From NCBI GenBank assembly GCA_002269645.1, contig NIVC01001313.1, positions 251,373 through 315,372 of the forward strand: a DNA stretch of 64,000 nucleotides. Reading direction: 5' to 3'. Made by a program: the position numbers and the translations under genes. Of this stretch, positions 8,222-20,172 are shown one piece after another. A model generated the notes under the pieces. It searched no databases. It was not told the origin of the DNA and worked only from the letters and a program-made list of their open reading frames with translations. This DNA comes from Macrostomum lignano (Eukaryota). How positions within the stretch are numbered: position 1 is the stretch's first letter; the number at the start of each line of letters is the position of its first letter.

Positions 8222-10770
8222 CTACACAACCTCTTTGAACAGCGGCATGATGACCAAGATGATGAGGGTTGACGCGGACGCTGCCACCAGGAAGAGCCAG
8301 AACAGCATGCGATCCACGATGAAGGCCAGCATTCGCCAATCGTTGATGAGCAGCTGGGCGGCCTCATCCTCGGCCTGTTTGCGCATCAGGTAGCGCAGGT
8401 GCCGCTGCATCCGGTCGTACTGCCGGTAGCGCTTGTCCGCCTCCATCGTGGTTGACTTTCCTTCCACTCCGCCGCCGGAGCCGTTGCTGGCCTCCGTCTG
8501 AGCGGCGTCCGCAGCGGCGGAAACTTCTCGACGAGACTCCTCGTAGCGCTGGCGCCGACGGCCGGCCTTGCGCTGGTAGCGCGCCACGGACGACATGCAG
8601 AGCAGCGGCGCCAGCCGGTTGAACAGGAGGCTGCGCAGCTGCCGCGGCACCGGCCGGTCGTTCGGGCCAACATGGTGCAGGTGGAGCACGAATACGGTGA
8701 GCACGATTGACAGCGAGGTGGTCGACATGGTCACTGTCAGGTAGATGCCTGCAAGTGCGCGGCAGAAATTCTAATTGAGTCAAAGCTTCAGTTCAGACTT
8801 CTAAAATGCTACATAAAAACACTACCTTAAGACACGTAGAAGATCCATTATTAAATTAGCATAAAGTTTTGCATTTAGGGTTTTATTTCACGAGGAGAGA
8901 CTAAAGCACCGTGACTTCTATAATAATTCAGATGATGGCCCTATATCTCAAGGACGTTTGTCTGTAAATTTCTTCACTTTACATGTACGAGCGTAAACAA
9001 AAGGAGGTTAGCTGATAGTCTCACTTCCAATTACGAGGGGTGTCCCAAAAGTTCCCGGAATGTCTAACGTAGCTCTTCAACGGAGCCATGATGTTTCACG
9101 CCCTTGGTGTCATTATTCGATTTGTCTGTGGGTAAAAGCTTTTGGTAAGACATTTTCGCAGCGTATCGTTCACGGAAATGACAGTTCGGTAGACAAGACA
9201 ATGTCTATGGCTCAACCCGAATGAGAAAAAAATTTAAAGACGATAGAGTCAATGTACAGAAGCTAGTCACTGTACAGAGCTGATCAATGTACAGGAGCTA
9301 GTCAAGGCTACCGGACATTTTCCCTCCGGCATTTGCCCTCCGGACATTTGCCCTCCGGCATTTCCCCTCCGGACATTTGCCCTCGAGGACATTTGCCCTC
9401 GGGGACATTTGCCCTCCGGACATTTGCCCTCCGGACATTTGCCCTCGGGGACATTTCCCCTCTGGAAAAGTACAGGTAAGGCTGGGGATAGGGTAGGGCG
9501 CGGGTATATATTGCTTACTAGAAAAGGATGAGTTGTTGGCTGGAGAAGAACCTGATGGATGCAAGAGGCGGGAGGATGAGGTTGGTGCTGGAGGAACGAC
9601 GGGTGGGTACAGGAGGAGGTGAGGTGAGTAATGTGCGAGGGGGTAAATTTGCAGAGGGCAAATGTGCGGAGGGGAAATGTCCGGAGGGCAAATGTCCGGA
9701 GGGCAAATGTCCCCGAGGGCAAATGTCCCCGAGGGGAAATGTCCGGAGGGCAAATGTCCGGAGGGGAAATGTCCCGGAGGGCAAATGTCCGGAGGGCAAA
9801 CGCCGCCGAGGGGAAGTGCCGGAGGGCAAGTACCGGAGGGGAAGTGCCGGAGGGCAAATGTCCGGAAGCGGCTAGTCAATGTACAGAGCTGATCAATGTA
9901 CAGGAGCTAGTCACTGTACAGAGCTGATCAATGTACAGAATTGGCCAATGTACAGCGAGGTACAGTTCCCACTCCAATCAAAGCGCCTTTCTAAGTATTT
10001 CCCCAGAAACAATTTGTTTTGTTACCATAGCAACACAAGCCCGAGTGTCCATACTCACCGATCAGAGGCACGAACTCGCTAGTTGCCGGCATGTTCTCAG
10101 CTATGAGCAGCATAAACACTGAGAAGGCCAGCAGCACAGTGATGCCCAGAGTGATTTTCTCCCCTGAGTCGGGCGGCAGCCAGAATCCCAACAGGCTGAG
10201 CAGGGTGAGCCACAGGCAGGGAAAGATTATGTTGAACAGGTAGTACAGGGTGCGGCGCTGGATCACTATGTGGAACTTGATGTCCGGGTAGGGCACCGGG
10301 CTGATGGGGTAGACCGTCTGGAATTCGGACCCGGCGGGAGACCGGCTATTGTGCCATTTATGCAGCTGCAATAATGCCATTCTTATCCCTTGAAACTCCA
10401 CATGTTCCTCCTCTCTCCCTGTCCCTCACCCTGACTGTCTTTTTGCCTCTCCCTCTTCCTTCTCCCTCTCGCTCCCTCTCTGTCCCTCTCCGTCACCTTT
10501 ATTTCTCTCTCTCTCTCCGTCTCCCTCTCTCCCTCCCTCTCCCCCTCTCTCTCTCCCTCTCTCTCTCCCTCTCTCTCTCTCCCTCTCTCTCTCCCTCTCC
10601 CTCTCTCTCCCCTCTCTCTCTCCCTCTCCCTCTCTCTCTCCCTCTCTCTTTCTCTCCCTCTCTCTCCCTCTCTCTCCCTCTCTCTCTCTCCCTCCCTCTC
10701 CCTCTCTCTCTCTCCCTCTCTCTCTCCCTCTCCCTCTCTCTCCCTCTCTCTCTCCCTCTCTCCCTCTCCC

Positions 10771-10812
<42 letters not shown>

Positions 10813-13800
10813 TCCCTCTCCCTTACCCTCTCCCTCCTACTCATCTACTTTATATCCCTTGATGTTCTCTTTATCCCCTCTCCCTGCCAGTCTCAGTCCA
10901 TCTGTGATTAGCAAAACTGGGCTAATCACAGGCTAATAACTGGGCTAACACCATGGACGTCGCCAGCCTGTACACCAACATCCCGACGGAGGCCGGCCTC
11001 GAGTGCGTGCGAAGAGCGTTTAGGGAGCACCCGGACAGCCGGCGCCCAGACGCCAGCCTACTCAGCCTGCTCAAGCTGAACCTGGAGCGCAACGACTTCG
11101 AGTTTGACGGCAGGTACTTTCTGCAGGTGAAAGGCACTGCCATGGGGAAGTCGTTCGCGCCCAGCTACAGCAACATCTACATGGGCTATTGGGAGCAGAG
11201 AGGCCTGGAGACCAGCCCGCAGAAGCCCAGCCTGTGGCTCCGCTACATCGACGACGTCTTTGGAGTGTGGCGTGGCACAGAGGCGGAGCTGGTCCAGTTC
11301 CATCAACACCTGGACGCCCTCGACCCCAACATCCGACTTCAACTGAGCTACAGCAGCACAGAGGTGAACTTCCTAGACACCACCGTCTTCTGGGACCGCG
11401 AAGGCGACAGCAAAAGCCTGGCAACCAGGGTATATTTCAAGCCCACCGACAGCCGAGTCCTTATCCACCGCGACTCCTTCCATCCTAAGCGAACTTTCCG
11501 GGGCGTGGTAAAGTCCCAGCTCCTCAGGTACGCCCGGCGATGCTCCCGGATGGCCGACTTCGACGCAGCGTGCACCGGGCTGATGTCGAATCTGGTGCAG
11601 CACCAAGGCTACAGCCGGCGCTTCCTCCGCACCATCAAGTACGACGTGCTGACGGAGCTCGGCTTCTACCCGACCAGACGGTGGGAGTTCGGCTTCCTGC
11701 CGTGCAACTCGGCCCGACTCTGCAAGTGCTGCCAGGCGCACGCCAGGTTCACCTCCGTCTGCCCCGGATCAGCAGCCACGACAGTCCAGATCATCATCAG
11801 TCAGCGGATCGACTGCAACGCCACGAACGCCGTCTATGCCGTGTTCTGCCGCCGGTGCGACCACACGGTCTACGTCGGCGAGACCGCCAACAGCATCCGT
11901 GGTCGCATGCTGGCGCACATCGGTGACATCCGGCACACCCGTGACACTCCGGTAGCGCGCCACTTCACCAGCGGTGGCCACAGTCTGACGGACTTCGCCT
12001 TCACCGGCATCTGGACACGCGATGGCACAGGACCCAGAGCTGACGAGCGGCGTCAGCGCCAGGCCAAGTTTATCGAGGTCCTGAGGACTCATGTTCCACA
12101 CGGCGCCAACGAACTTGCCGGCATACTGCACAAACCGGCCATCCCGCTGATCCTGCCCCACTGTGCGACCTCCGACGCCCTGGCTGCCAAAGTGAAGGAC
12201 AGGGTGATACGCCACTGCGAGACCCCGGTGCTGCCCGCCTACACCAAGGGGAGAAGCCTCCGGACTCTGCTCTCTCATAGTCGGCTCGATCCTGCCAACT
12301 AGGCCCCTTTTGACGCCTGTACAAAGGCTCTTTTACTGCTATTTTTCCCCTCTGTGATTTTTTCATTGACTTTATTTTGATTTATTCAGATTATTTATTC
12401 TCTGCTTTTTATTCATTTTTCTGACACTGTGTACGGTGCACCTGCATTTTTTGCTCTGAGCATTTAATAATAGCTTTTATTTACCTTATCTATTTATTTT
12501 GCCATTTATTTTTACAATTTTTATTCTACACTCAAAGGTCGTCTAGGCCCACTTGTACAGTTTTAGCCACCCCCGCTTTTCTCATAGTCTCGGACTCGTT
12601 TTTATGTACTGACCATGCGTACTGTTTTAAGTGCTTGAGCACATCAATTTATCGATCGTCTCTCCCTGGCGATATCGCCTTTATATATTGATGGCAATTC
12701 GCGCCAAATAAACTTCACTCGCTTACAGCCCTGACGAAGAAATTTAATTTTGAAATATCGGCTACTCAATTTAAATTGACTTTTTTCAGTCCTTTCTGAC
12801 TTTCTACCGTGTCAGTGCCCGGGATTGGAGGCGCCCTCTCTCTCTCTCTCTCTCCCTCTCTCTCTCTCCCTCTCCCTCTCCCTTACCCTCTCCCTCCTAC
12901 TCATCTACTTTATATCCCTTGATGTTCTCTTTATCCCCTCTCCCTGCCAGTCTCAGTCCATCTGTGATTAGCAAAACTGGGCCAGAATCTGCGCTGCTCA
13001 CCTCCTGACGATCCACGTCGACTCGTAGCAGGTTCCACTCGCCGCTTTGCACGTAGTTGGCGAAGTCCACCTCTTCTCGTCTAGAATGGCGGATTTGAGT
13101 GCAGTGCTGAATGCGACTCAGACTCATATAGACTCAGACTCATATAGACTCAGACTCATATAGACTCAGACTCATATAGACTCAGACTCATATAGACTCA
13201 GACTCATATAGACTCAGACTCATATAGACTCAGACTCATATAGACTCAGACTCATATAGACTCAGACTCATATAGACTCAGACTCATATAGACTCTTTCT
13301 ACGCACAGTAATAGGATGCGTTCGTTAACTCACTTTTTAGTAATATTAACTTGATAACCATCGTAGGTCCACGATCCGAACTTCATCGTGCACACCTGAT
13401 CGTCAAACGGGAAATAGGTGATGTCGATTTTGCAGGTAGAACGCAGCTTAGCTGGCGGAGGCCAGAACACGGTGCCGCTTGAGTCCACCATCGCCTTGCT
13501 CTGCATGTAGCCTGTGGTGAAGTCGTCCGCGCTGCAGTTCATTGTTGAGGAGGATGGTGTAGGGAGCAATTCATATAGTGTAGGGACGGCGCCCCACAGC
13601 TATCCATACAGTGTAGGGACGGCGCCCCACAACTATCCATATATAGTGTAGGGATAGCGCCCCACAACTATCCATATATAGTTTAGGGATGGCGCCCCAC
13701 AGCTATCCATACAGTGTAGGGACGGCGCCCCACAACTATCCATATATAGTGTAGGGATAGCGCCCCACAGCTATCCATATATAGTGTAGGGACGGCGCCC

Positions 13801-16800
13801 CACAGCTATCTATGTATAGTGTAGGGATAGCGCCCCACAACTATCCATATATAGTGTAGAGATAGCGCCCCTCAACTATCCATATATAGTGTAGGGATAG
13901 CGCCCCACAACTATCCATATATAGTGTAGAGATAGCGCCCCTCAACTATCCATATATAGTGTAGGGATAGCGCCCCTCAACTATCCATATATAGTGTAGA
14001 GATAGTGCCCCTCAACTATCCATATATAGTGTAGGGATAGCGCCCCACAACTATCCATATATAGTGTAGAGATAGTGCCCCTCAACTATCCATATATAGT
14101 GTAGAGATAGTGCCCCTCAACTATCCATATATAGTGTAGGGATAGCGCCCCTCAACTATCCATATATAGTGTAGGGATAGCGCCCCTCAACTATCCATAT
14201 ATAGTGTAGAGATAGTGCCCCTCAACTATCCATATATAGTGTAGAGATAGTGCCCCTCAACTATCCATATATAGTGTAGGGATAGCGCCCCACAACTATC
14301 CATATATAGTGTAGAGATAGTGCCCCTCAACTATCCATATATAGTGTAGAGATAGTGCCCCACAACTATCCATATATAGTGTAGAGATAGCGCCCCTCAA
14401 CTATCCATATATAGTGTAGGGATAGCGCCCCACAACTATCCATATATAGTGTAGGGATAGCGCCCCACAACTATCCATATATAGTGTAGGGATAGCGCCC
14501 CACAACTATCCATATATAGTGTAGGGATAGCGCCCCACAACTATCCATATATAGTGTAGGGATAGCGCCCCACAACTATCCATATATAGTGTAGGGACGG
14601 CGCCCCACAACCATAGTAAAGAAAGTAATTTTCAAGCCACTGTAAATCTAGCCAAACAACAAACTTCAGAGCAATGAACTCCTTAAACTCCTTAAATAAT
14701 TGACTCTGAAAGTCAAACTCGCAACTCATATCTCTGTTAAATCCCGAACAGCTAACGGGGATCTGAGGAGAATATAAATTGACCCGCTAAGGCCAGACAG
14801 AGCCCCATAGATACGCCCCGGATACATAAACATAGAAAAGCCCTGGGCAATCGATCACCTTTCCTCTGGTCGGGATTTCAGAAGACGAAGCGTTCGGCTT
14901 GCCGAAAAAAAGAGTCATGCGCTTCCCAATGTAGTACCCATTATTTATCCCCAGATAGAGAAATCCCCAACTGAGATTTTTGCATATCTAAAATGCGACT
15001 GAAACTATATGAGCTGACAGTTGATAAATGCTCACAAAATGCTGCGGATATTTCTATTGTACTTTTTAGCAGATATATGATCTCACCGGTTGTACTAGTA
15101 CAGCACAATATCAGCATGATCTCACCTGTTGTACAGCACAATATCCGACATGATTTTACCTGGTGTACAGCACAATATAAGCATGATCTCACCGGTTGTA
15201 CAGCACAATATCAGCATGATCTCACCTATTGTACAGCACAATATCAGCATGATCTCACCTGTTGTACAGCACAATATCAGCATGATCTCACCTGTTGTAC
15301 AGCACAATATCCGGCAGCCAAATCTTCTGACAGGGCACGCGCAACACCTGCAGGCCATTGTAGTCGCTGGGATCCCAGTGCAGCCGTTCGTCCTGCCATT
15401 CCTGAATGCGACATGACGGAGGAAGTCCATGGTTATGCATGCAGTTACAGGCAGGTTCAGCCGACAGTCGACCCCTCAAGAAGGGTGTACAGCGGCCCAG
15501 ACTTTCATCCCAGTAAAGCCAGTGTACACTTTTTGCGCCTTGTGGGTTGGCCCTGATGGACGTGAATCACTCGAGATGCACGCGTCTAACATGGAAAAGC
15601 TACCTCATCATTTTCTCCATTTACTTTAATCCTCAAAGGCAAGTCTCACCTGTTCTAGCCAGACGTTGGTTGTAAGTACCTGGTTCACTTCATCCTGTAA
15701 AATCCAAAGGAAATTTTTAAAGACACTTCATACTCGTAGTATAAAATATGAATGAGCTGGTCTTCAGTGCCTAATGAGTAATCAAAACATTTTTTGTTCA
15801 CCTTTGCTTTGTCGAGATCATGTGTATGCAGGGACTTATCTGAGATCCCTACACACCCACTCGGCGCTACCTTTCTGCGTGAAGTACTGAAATTCACTCA
15901 CAGTCGTATTTAGTTAGCTGTGTGCGCGCTCGAATTCAAAATGGGGGATTCAACAAGCTCTCTATACGGTACTAAAAATGGTTCCATGATAAGACTCGCT
16001 CTGATAAATTTTTCTGCCTCAAATTTTCTACTCCTATCACGTGACTGGCACAGATGAAAACCACCTCAGTATGTTTCTGCCCCCCTGTCACGTGACTGGC
16101 ACAGATGAAAACCACCTCAGTATGTTTCTGCCCCCCTGTCACGTGACTGGCACAGATGCAAAACCACCTCAGTATGTTTCTGCCCCCTGTCACGTGACTG
16201 GAACAGATGTAAAACCACCTCAGTATGTTTCTGCCCCCTGTCACGTGACTGGCACAGATGAAAACCACCACAAGATGTTTTACCCCCTGTCACGTGACTG
16301 GCACAGATGAAAACCACCACAATATGTTTCGACCCCTGTCACGTGACTGGCACTGATAACAACCACCCAAATCACCCGGCCCAAGGAAGGGAAAGAAGGG
16401 GAGGGGAACCAACCATGTCCGCGATGAGGATTAGTGCAAAGCCGAACTTCACCATCACCTGGCTGGATGAGTTGAGCACAGGCCGGACGGCCGAGTCGTA
16501 TCCGGCCAGAATCCGCTTCATCAGGGCCTGCTCATCGGGTACCGGCGCTCCGGCACCAGCAGAACAAAAATTCGGGGGAGAGAAGTACGCATTAACGATG
16601 TCGCGTTGATTAGTAACTCACCAGCTGAGAGATTTGAATCAGAGCCAGCTGGAACCGGACTTCCACCGTGTTGCTGGCGTTAAACGTTGGCCTGGAGGCT
16701 GAGTCATAGTTCAGCATCAGCAGAGTGAGCAGTCGCTGCTCATCGGTACTGATATGCGGCATCGTCAGCTGCTGACAGCTGGCTGTCAAAGCGTAGTACC

Positions 16801-16867
16801 CTAGCAACGCCATAGCAACAAGCATGCCGCAACATTTCGCAGGCATGGCGCAATTTCTCTGGGGCAT
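8222..16867 (-). CDS. Nicotinic acetylcholine receptor subunit (Cys-loop, cation-type, lacking vicinal Cys), 7 coding exons, ~487 aa
   Basis: Exons 16867-16622, 15694-15650, 15401-15292, 13531-13334, 13080-13002, 10317-10059 and 8748-8222 join in frame with GT-AG ends; Cys-loop [25 protein letters not shown]2, TM4; true ATG is 16867 (the track start at 16891 is TTG). Confidence 0.93.
9034..9240 (+). mobile_element. Possible left-end fragment of a Tc1/mariner element
   Basis: TA|CGAGGGGTGTCCCAAAAGTT resembles mariner TIR starts; no right end seen. Confidence 0.35.
9306..9870. mobile_element. Non-autonomous foldback (MULE-like) element, 565 bp
   Basis: 9-bp TSD GCTAGTCAA at 9297-9305 and 9871-9879; inverted arms built from GGACATTTGCCCTCC subrepeats around an ~180-bp spacer. 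Confidence 0.8.
10430..10825. repeat. (CT)n/(CCT) polypyrimidine microsatellite (second copy ~17746-18141)
   Basis: Direct inspection. Confidence 0.95.
10953..12302 (+). CDS. PLE reverse transcriptase (C-terminal part) with GIY-YIG endonuclease
   Basis: [21 protein letters not shown], Cys linker [31 protein letters not shown]. Confidence 0.92.
   Translation: MDVASLYTNIPTEAGLECVRRAFREHPDSRRPDASLLSLLKLNLERNDFEFDGRYFLQVKGTAMGKSFAPSYSNIYMGYWEQRGLETSPQKPSLWLRYIDDVFGVWRGTEAELVQFHQHLDALDPNIRLQLSYSSTEVNFLDTTVFWDREGDSKSLATRVYFKPTDSRVLIHRDSFHPKRTFRGVVKSQLLRYARRCSRMADFDAACTGLMSNLVQHQGYSRRFLRTIKYDVLTELGFYPTRRWEFGFLPCNSARLCKCCQAHARFTSVCPGSAATTVQIIISQRIDCNATNAVYAVFCRRCDHTVYVGETANSIRGRMLAHIGDIRHTRDTPVARHFTSGGHSLTDFAFTGIWTRDGTGPRADERRQRQAKFIEVLRTHVPHGANELAGILHKPAIPLILPHCATSDALAAKVKDRVIRHCETPVLPAYTKGRSLRTLLSHSRLDPAN
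12727..12763 (+). ncRNA. Minimal type I hammerhead ribozyme of the PLE 3' end
   Basis: AGCC-CUGACGA-A-GAAAU(UUA)AUUUU-GAAA-UA-UC-GGCU: stem I AGCC/GGCU, intact core, palindromic AUAU stem III, as in dimeric PLE hammerheads. Confidence 0.8.
13113..13294. repeat. 16-bp minisatellite (GACTCAGACTCATATA)n filling nAChR intron 4 (copy at ~20430-20611)
   Basis: About 11 copies. Confidence 0.95.
13570..14612. repeat. 35-bp minisatellite, ~30 copies (copy at ~20887-21997 has two more units)
   Basis: Unit TAGTGTAGGGATAGCGCCCCACAACTATCCATATA. Confidence 0.95.
15078..15312 (-). repeat. 33-bp tandem repeat consisting of the nAChR exon 3 end plus its splice donor (copy at ~22463-22697)
   Basis: Minus-strand unit ATATTGTGCTGTACAACAG|GTGAGATCATGCTG, about 7 copies. 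Confidence 0.9.
16035..16355. repeat. ~51-bp minisatellite with palindromic GTCACGTGAC core, ~7 copies (copy at ~23420-23740)
   Basis: Direct inspection. Confidence 0.9.
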
Positions 16868-18086
16868 AACTATAGGTCGAACAGCAGGCAATATAACTGA
16901 GCTATATTGTATATTATGCTCTGTTGAGCAGGTCCGATTCTGATTTGAGAATTTTTTTAAGCTAATCCCCCTCCCGAGTAGATTTTCCCTGCCGAGGTCT
17001 TGTCAGGTCATTGGTGGAGAGGGGCATGGACCTACTCTGGAAAGGGATTTTTACGCATGAATTTCGATTTGAGATACCGCAGCCCACAAGCCACGGTGGA
17101 ACCCGGTCTCCCTGAACACGGCAGCACGAATTCATGCTGCGCATTGTGAGCTCAGCCTGACTTTTGTTTGCGAGGAAAGCCAAGTGGGGGTCTTTCAAAT
17201 TCTTCTAGCTGGTCTGCGTGTGCTCGCTGGGCTTTCAATCGTGCCAGTGCAGCTGGCACTTCTATGCGGGCGATTGTGAAATGCTTTTGGAATGCTAAGG
17301 GAATGCGTGATGGAATGAGGATGTGAATGGATGAGGATGTGAATGGATGTGAAAGCCCGAGTGTCCATACTCACCGATCAGAGGCACGAACTCGCTAGTT
17401 GCCGGCATGTTCTCAGCTATGAGCAGCATAAACACTGAGAAGGCCAGCAGCACAGTGATGCCCAGAGTGATTTTCTCCCCTGAGTCGGGCGGCAGCCAGA
17501 ATCCCAACAGGCTGAGCAGGGTGAGCCACAGGCAGGGAAAGATTATGTTGAACAGGTAGTACAGGGTGCGGCGCTGGATCACTATGTGGAACTTGATGTC
17601 CGGGTAGGGCACCGGGCTGATGGGGTAGACCGTCTGGAATTCGGACCCGGCGGGAGACCGGCTATTGTGCCATTTATGCAGCTGCAATAATGCCATTCTT
17701 ATCCCTTGAAACTCCACATGTTCCTCCTCTCTCCCTGTCCCTCACCCTGACTGTCTTTTTGCCTCTCCCTCTTCCTTCTCCCTCTCGCTCCCTCTCTGTC
17801 CCTCTCCGTCACCTTTATTTCTCTCTCTCTCTCCGTCTCCCTCTCTCCCTCCCTCTCCCCCTCTCTCTCTCCCTCTCTCTCTCCCTCTCTCTCTCTCCCT
17901 CTCTCTCTCCCTCTCCCTCTCTCTCCCCTCTCTCTCTCCCTCTCCCTCTCTCTCTCCCTCTCTCTTTCTCTCCCTCTCTCTCCCTCTCTCTCCCTCTCTC
18001 TCTCTCCCTCCCTCTCCCTCTCTCTCTCTCCCTCTCTCTCTCCCTCTCCCTCTCTCTCCCTCTCTCTCTCCCTCTCTCCCTCTCCC

Positions 18087-18128
<42 letters not shown>

Positions 18129-18238
18129 TCCCTCTCCCTTACCCTCTCCCTCCTACTCATCTACTTTATATCCCTTGATGTTCTCTTTATCCCCTCTCCC
18201 TGCCAGTCTCAGTCCATCTGTGATTAGCAAAACTGGGC

Positions 18239-20172
18239 TAATCACAGGCTAATAACTGGGCTAACACCATGGACGTCGCCAGCCTGTACACCAACATCCC
18301 GACGGAGGCCGGCCTCGAGTGCGTGCGAAGAGCGTTTAGGGAGCACCCGGACAGCCGGCGCCCAGACGCCAGCCTACTCAGCCTGCTCAAGCTGAACCTG
18401 GAGCGCAACGACTTCGAGTTTGACGGCAGGTACTTTCTGCAGGTGAAAGGCACTGCCATGGGGAAGTCGTTCGCGCCCAGCTACAGCAACATCTACATGG
18501 GCTATTGGGAGCAGAGAGGCCTGGAGACCAGCCCGCAGAAGCCCAGCCTGTGGCTCCGCTACATCGACGACGTCTTTGGAGTGTGGCGTGGCACAGAGGC
18601 GGAGCTGGTCCAGTTCCATCAACACCTGGACGCCCTCGACCCCAACATCCGACTTCAACTGAGCTACAGCAGCACAGAGGTGAACTTCCTAGACACCACC
18701 GTCTTCTGGGACCGCGAAGGCGACAGCAAAAGCCTGGCAACCAGGGTATATTTCAAGCCCACCGACAGCCGAGTCCTTATCCACCGCGACTCCTTCCATC
18801 CTAAGCGAACTTTCCGGGGCGTGGTAAAGTCCCAGCTCCTCAGGTACGCCCGGCGATGCTCCCGGATGGCCGACTTCGACGCAGCGTGCACCGGGCTGAT
18901 GTCGAATCTGGTGCAGCACCAAGGCTACAGCCGGCGCTTCCTCCGCACCATCAAGTACGACGTGCTGACGGAGCTCGGCTTCTACCCGACCAGACGGTGG
19001 GAGTTCGGCTTCCTGCCGTGCAACTCGGCCCGACTCTGCAAGTGCTGCCAGGCGCACGCCAGGTTCACCTCCGTCTGCCCCGGATCAGCAGCCACGACAG
19101 TCCAGATCATCATCAGTCAGCGGATCGACTGCAACGCCACGAACGCCGTCTATGCCGTGTTCTGCCGCCGGTGCGACCACACGGTCTACGTCGGCGAGAC
19201 CGCCAACAGCATCCGTGGTCGCATGCTGGCGCACATCGGTGACATCCGGCACACCCGTGACACTCCGGTAGCGCGCCACTTCACCAGCGGTGGCCACAGT
19301 CTGACGGACTTCGCCTTCACCGGCATCTGGACACGCGATGGCACAGGACCCAGAGCTGACGAGCGGCGTCAGCGCCAGGCCAAGTTTATCGAGGTCCTGA
19401 GGACTCATGTTCCACACGGCGCCAACGAACTTGCCGGCATACTGCACAAACCGGCCATCCCGCTGATCCTGCCCCACTGTGCGACCTCCGACGCCCTGGC
19501 TGCCAAAGTGAAGGACAGGGTGATACGCCACTGCGAGACCCCGGTGCTGCCCGCCTACACCAAGGGGAGAAGCCTCCGGACTCTGCTCTCTCATAGTCGG
19601 CTCGATCCTGCCAACTAGGCCCCTTTTGACGCCTGTACAAAGGCTCTTTTACTGCTATTTTTCCCCTCTGTGATTTTTTCATTGACTTTATTTTGATTTA
19701 TTCAGATTATTTATTCTCTGCTTTTTATTCATTTTTCTGACACTGTGTACGGTGCACCTGCATTTTTTGCTCTGAGCATTTAATAATAGCTTTTATTTAC
19801 CTTATCTATTTATTTTGCCATTTATTTTTACAATTTTTATTCTACACTCAAAGGTCGTCTAGGCCCACTTGTACAGTTTTAGCCACCCCCCGCTTTTCTC
19901 ATAGTCTCGGACTCGTTTTTATGTACTGACCATGCGTACTGTTTTAAGTGCTTGAGCACATCAATTTATCGATCGTCTCTCCCTGGCGATATCGCCTTTA
20001 TATATTGATGGCAATTCGCGCCAAATAAACTTCACTCGCTTACAGCCCTGACGAAGAAATTTAATTTTGAAATATCGGCTACTCAATTTAAATTGACTTT
20101 TTTCAGTCCTTTCTGACTTTCTACCGTGTCAGTGCCCGGGATTGGAGGCGCCCTCTCTCTCTCTCTCTCTCC
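18239..20172 (+). mobile_element. Second copy of the PLE (RT/GIY-YIG ORF 18269-19618)
   Basis: Identical protein to 10953-12302; carried by the tandem duplication. Confidence 0.9.
20044..20080 (+). ncRNA. Minimal hammerhead ribozyme, copy 2
   Basis: Same sequence as 12727-12763. Confidence 0.8.

Larger units (their letters stand above)
10923..12855 (+). mobile_element. 5'-truncated Penelope-like retroelement (GIY-YIG PLE) in nAChR intron 5, antisense to the host gene
   Basis: RT plus GIY-YIG ORF, AT-rich 3' UTR with hammerhead, ~127-bp flanking duplication at 10796-10922 and 12856-12982. Confidence 0.92.

Noticed and set aside
9267-9927. Track ORFs over the foldback element
   Set aside because: Open in several frames on both strands only because of the subrepeats.
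10374-10862. Poly-LS/RE ORFs (also 17690-18178, 27243-27762, 24700-25180)
   Set aside because: Translations of simple repeats.
11058-12366. Antisense and alternative-frame ORFs over the PLE, kinase and SET1 exons
   Set aside because: By-products of GC-rich codon usage on the coding strand.
13570-14612. CRISPR-like appearance of the 35-bp array (also the 55-bp array at 34245-35592)
   Set aside because: Units are contiguous with no unique spacers, there are no cas genes, and the context is a eukaryotic intron.
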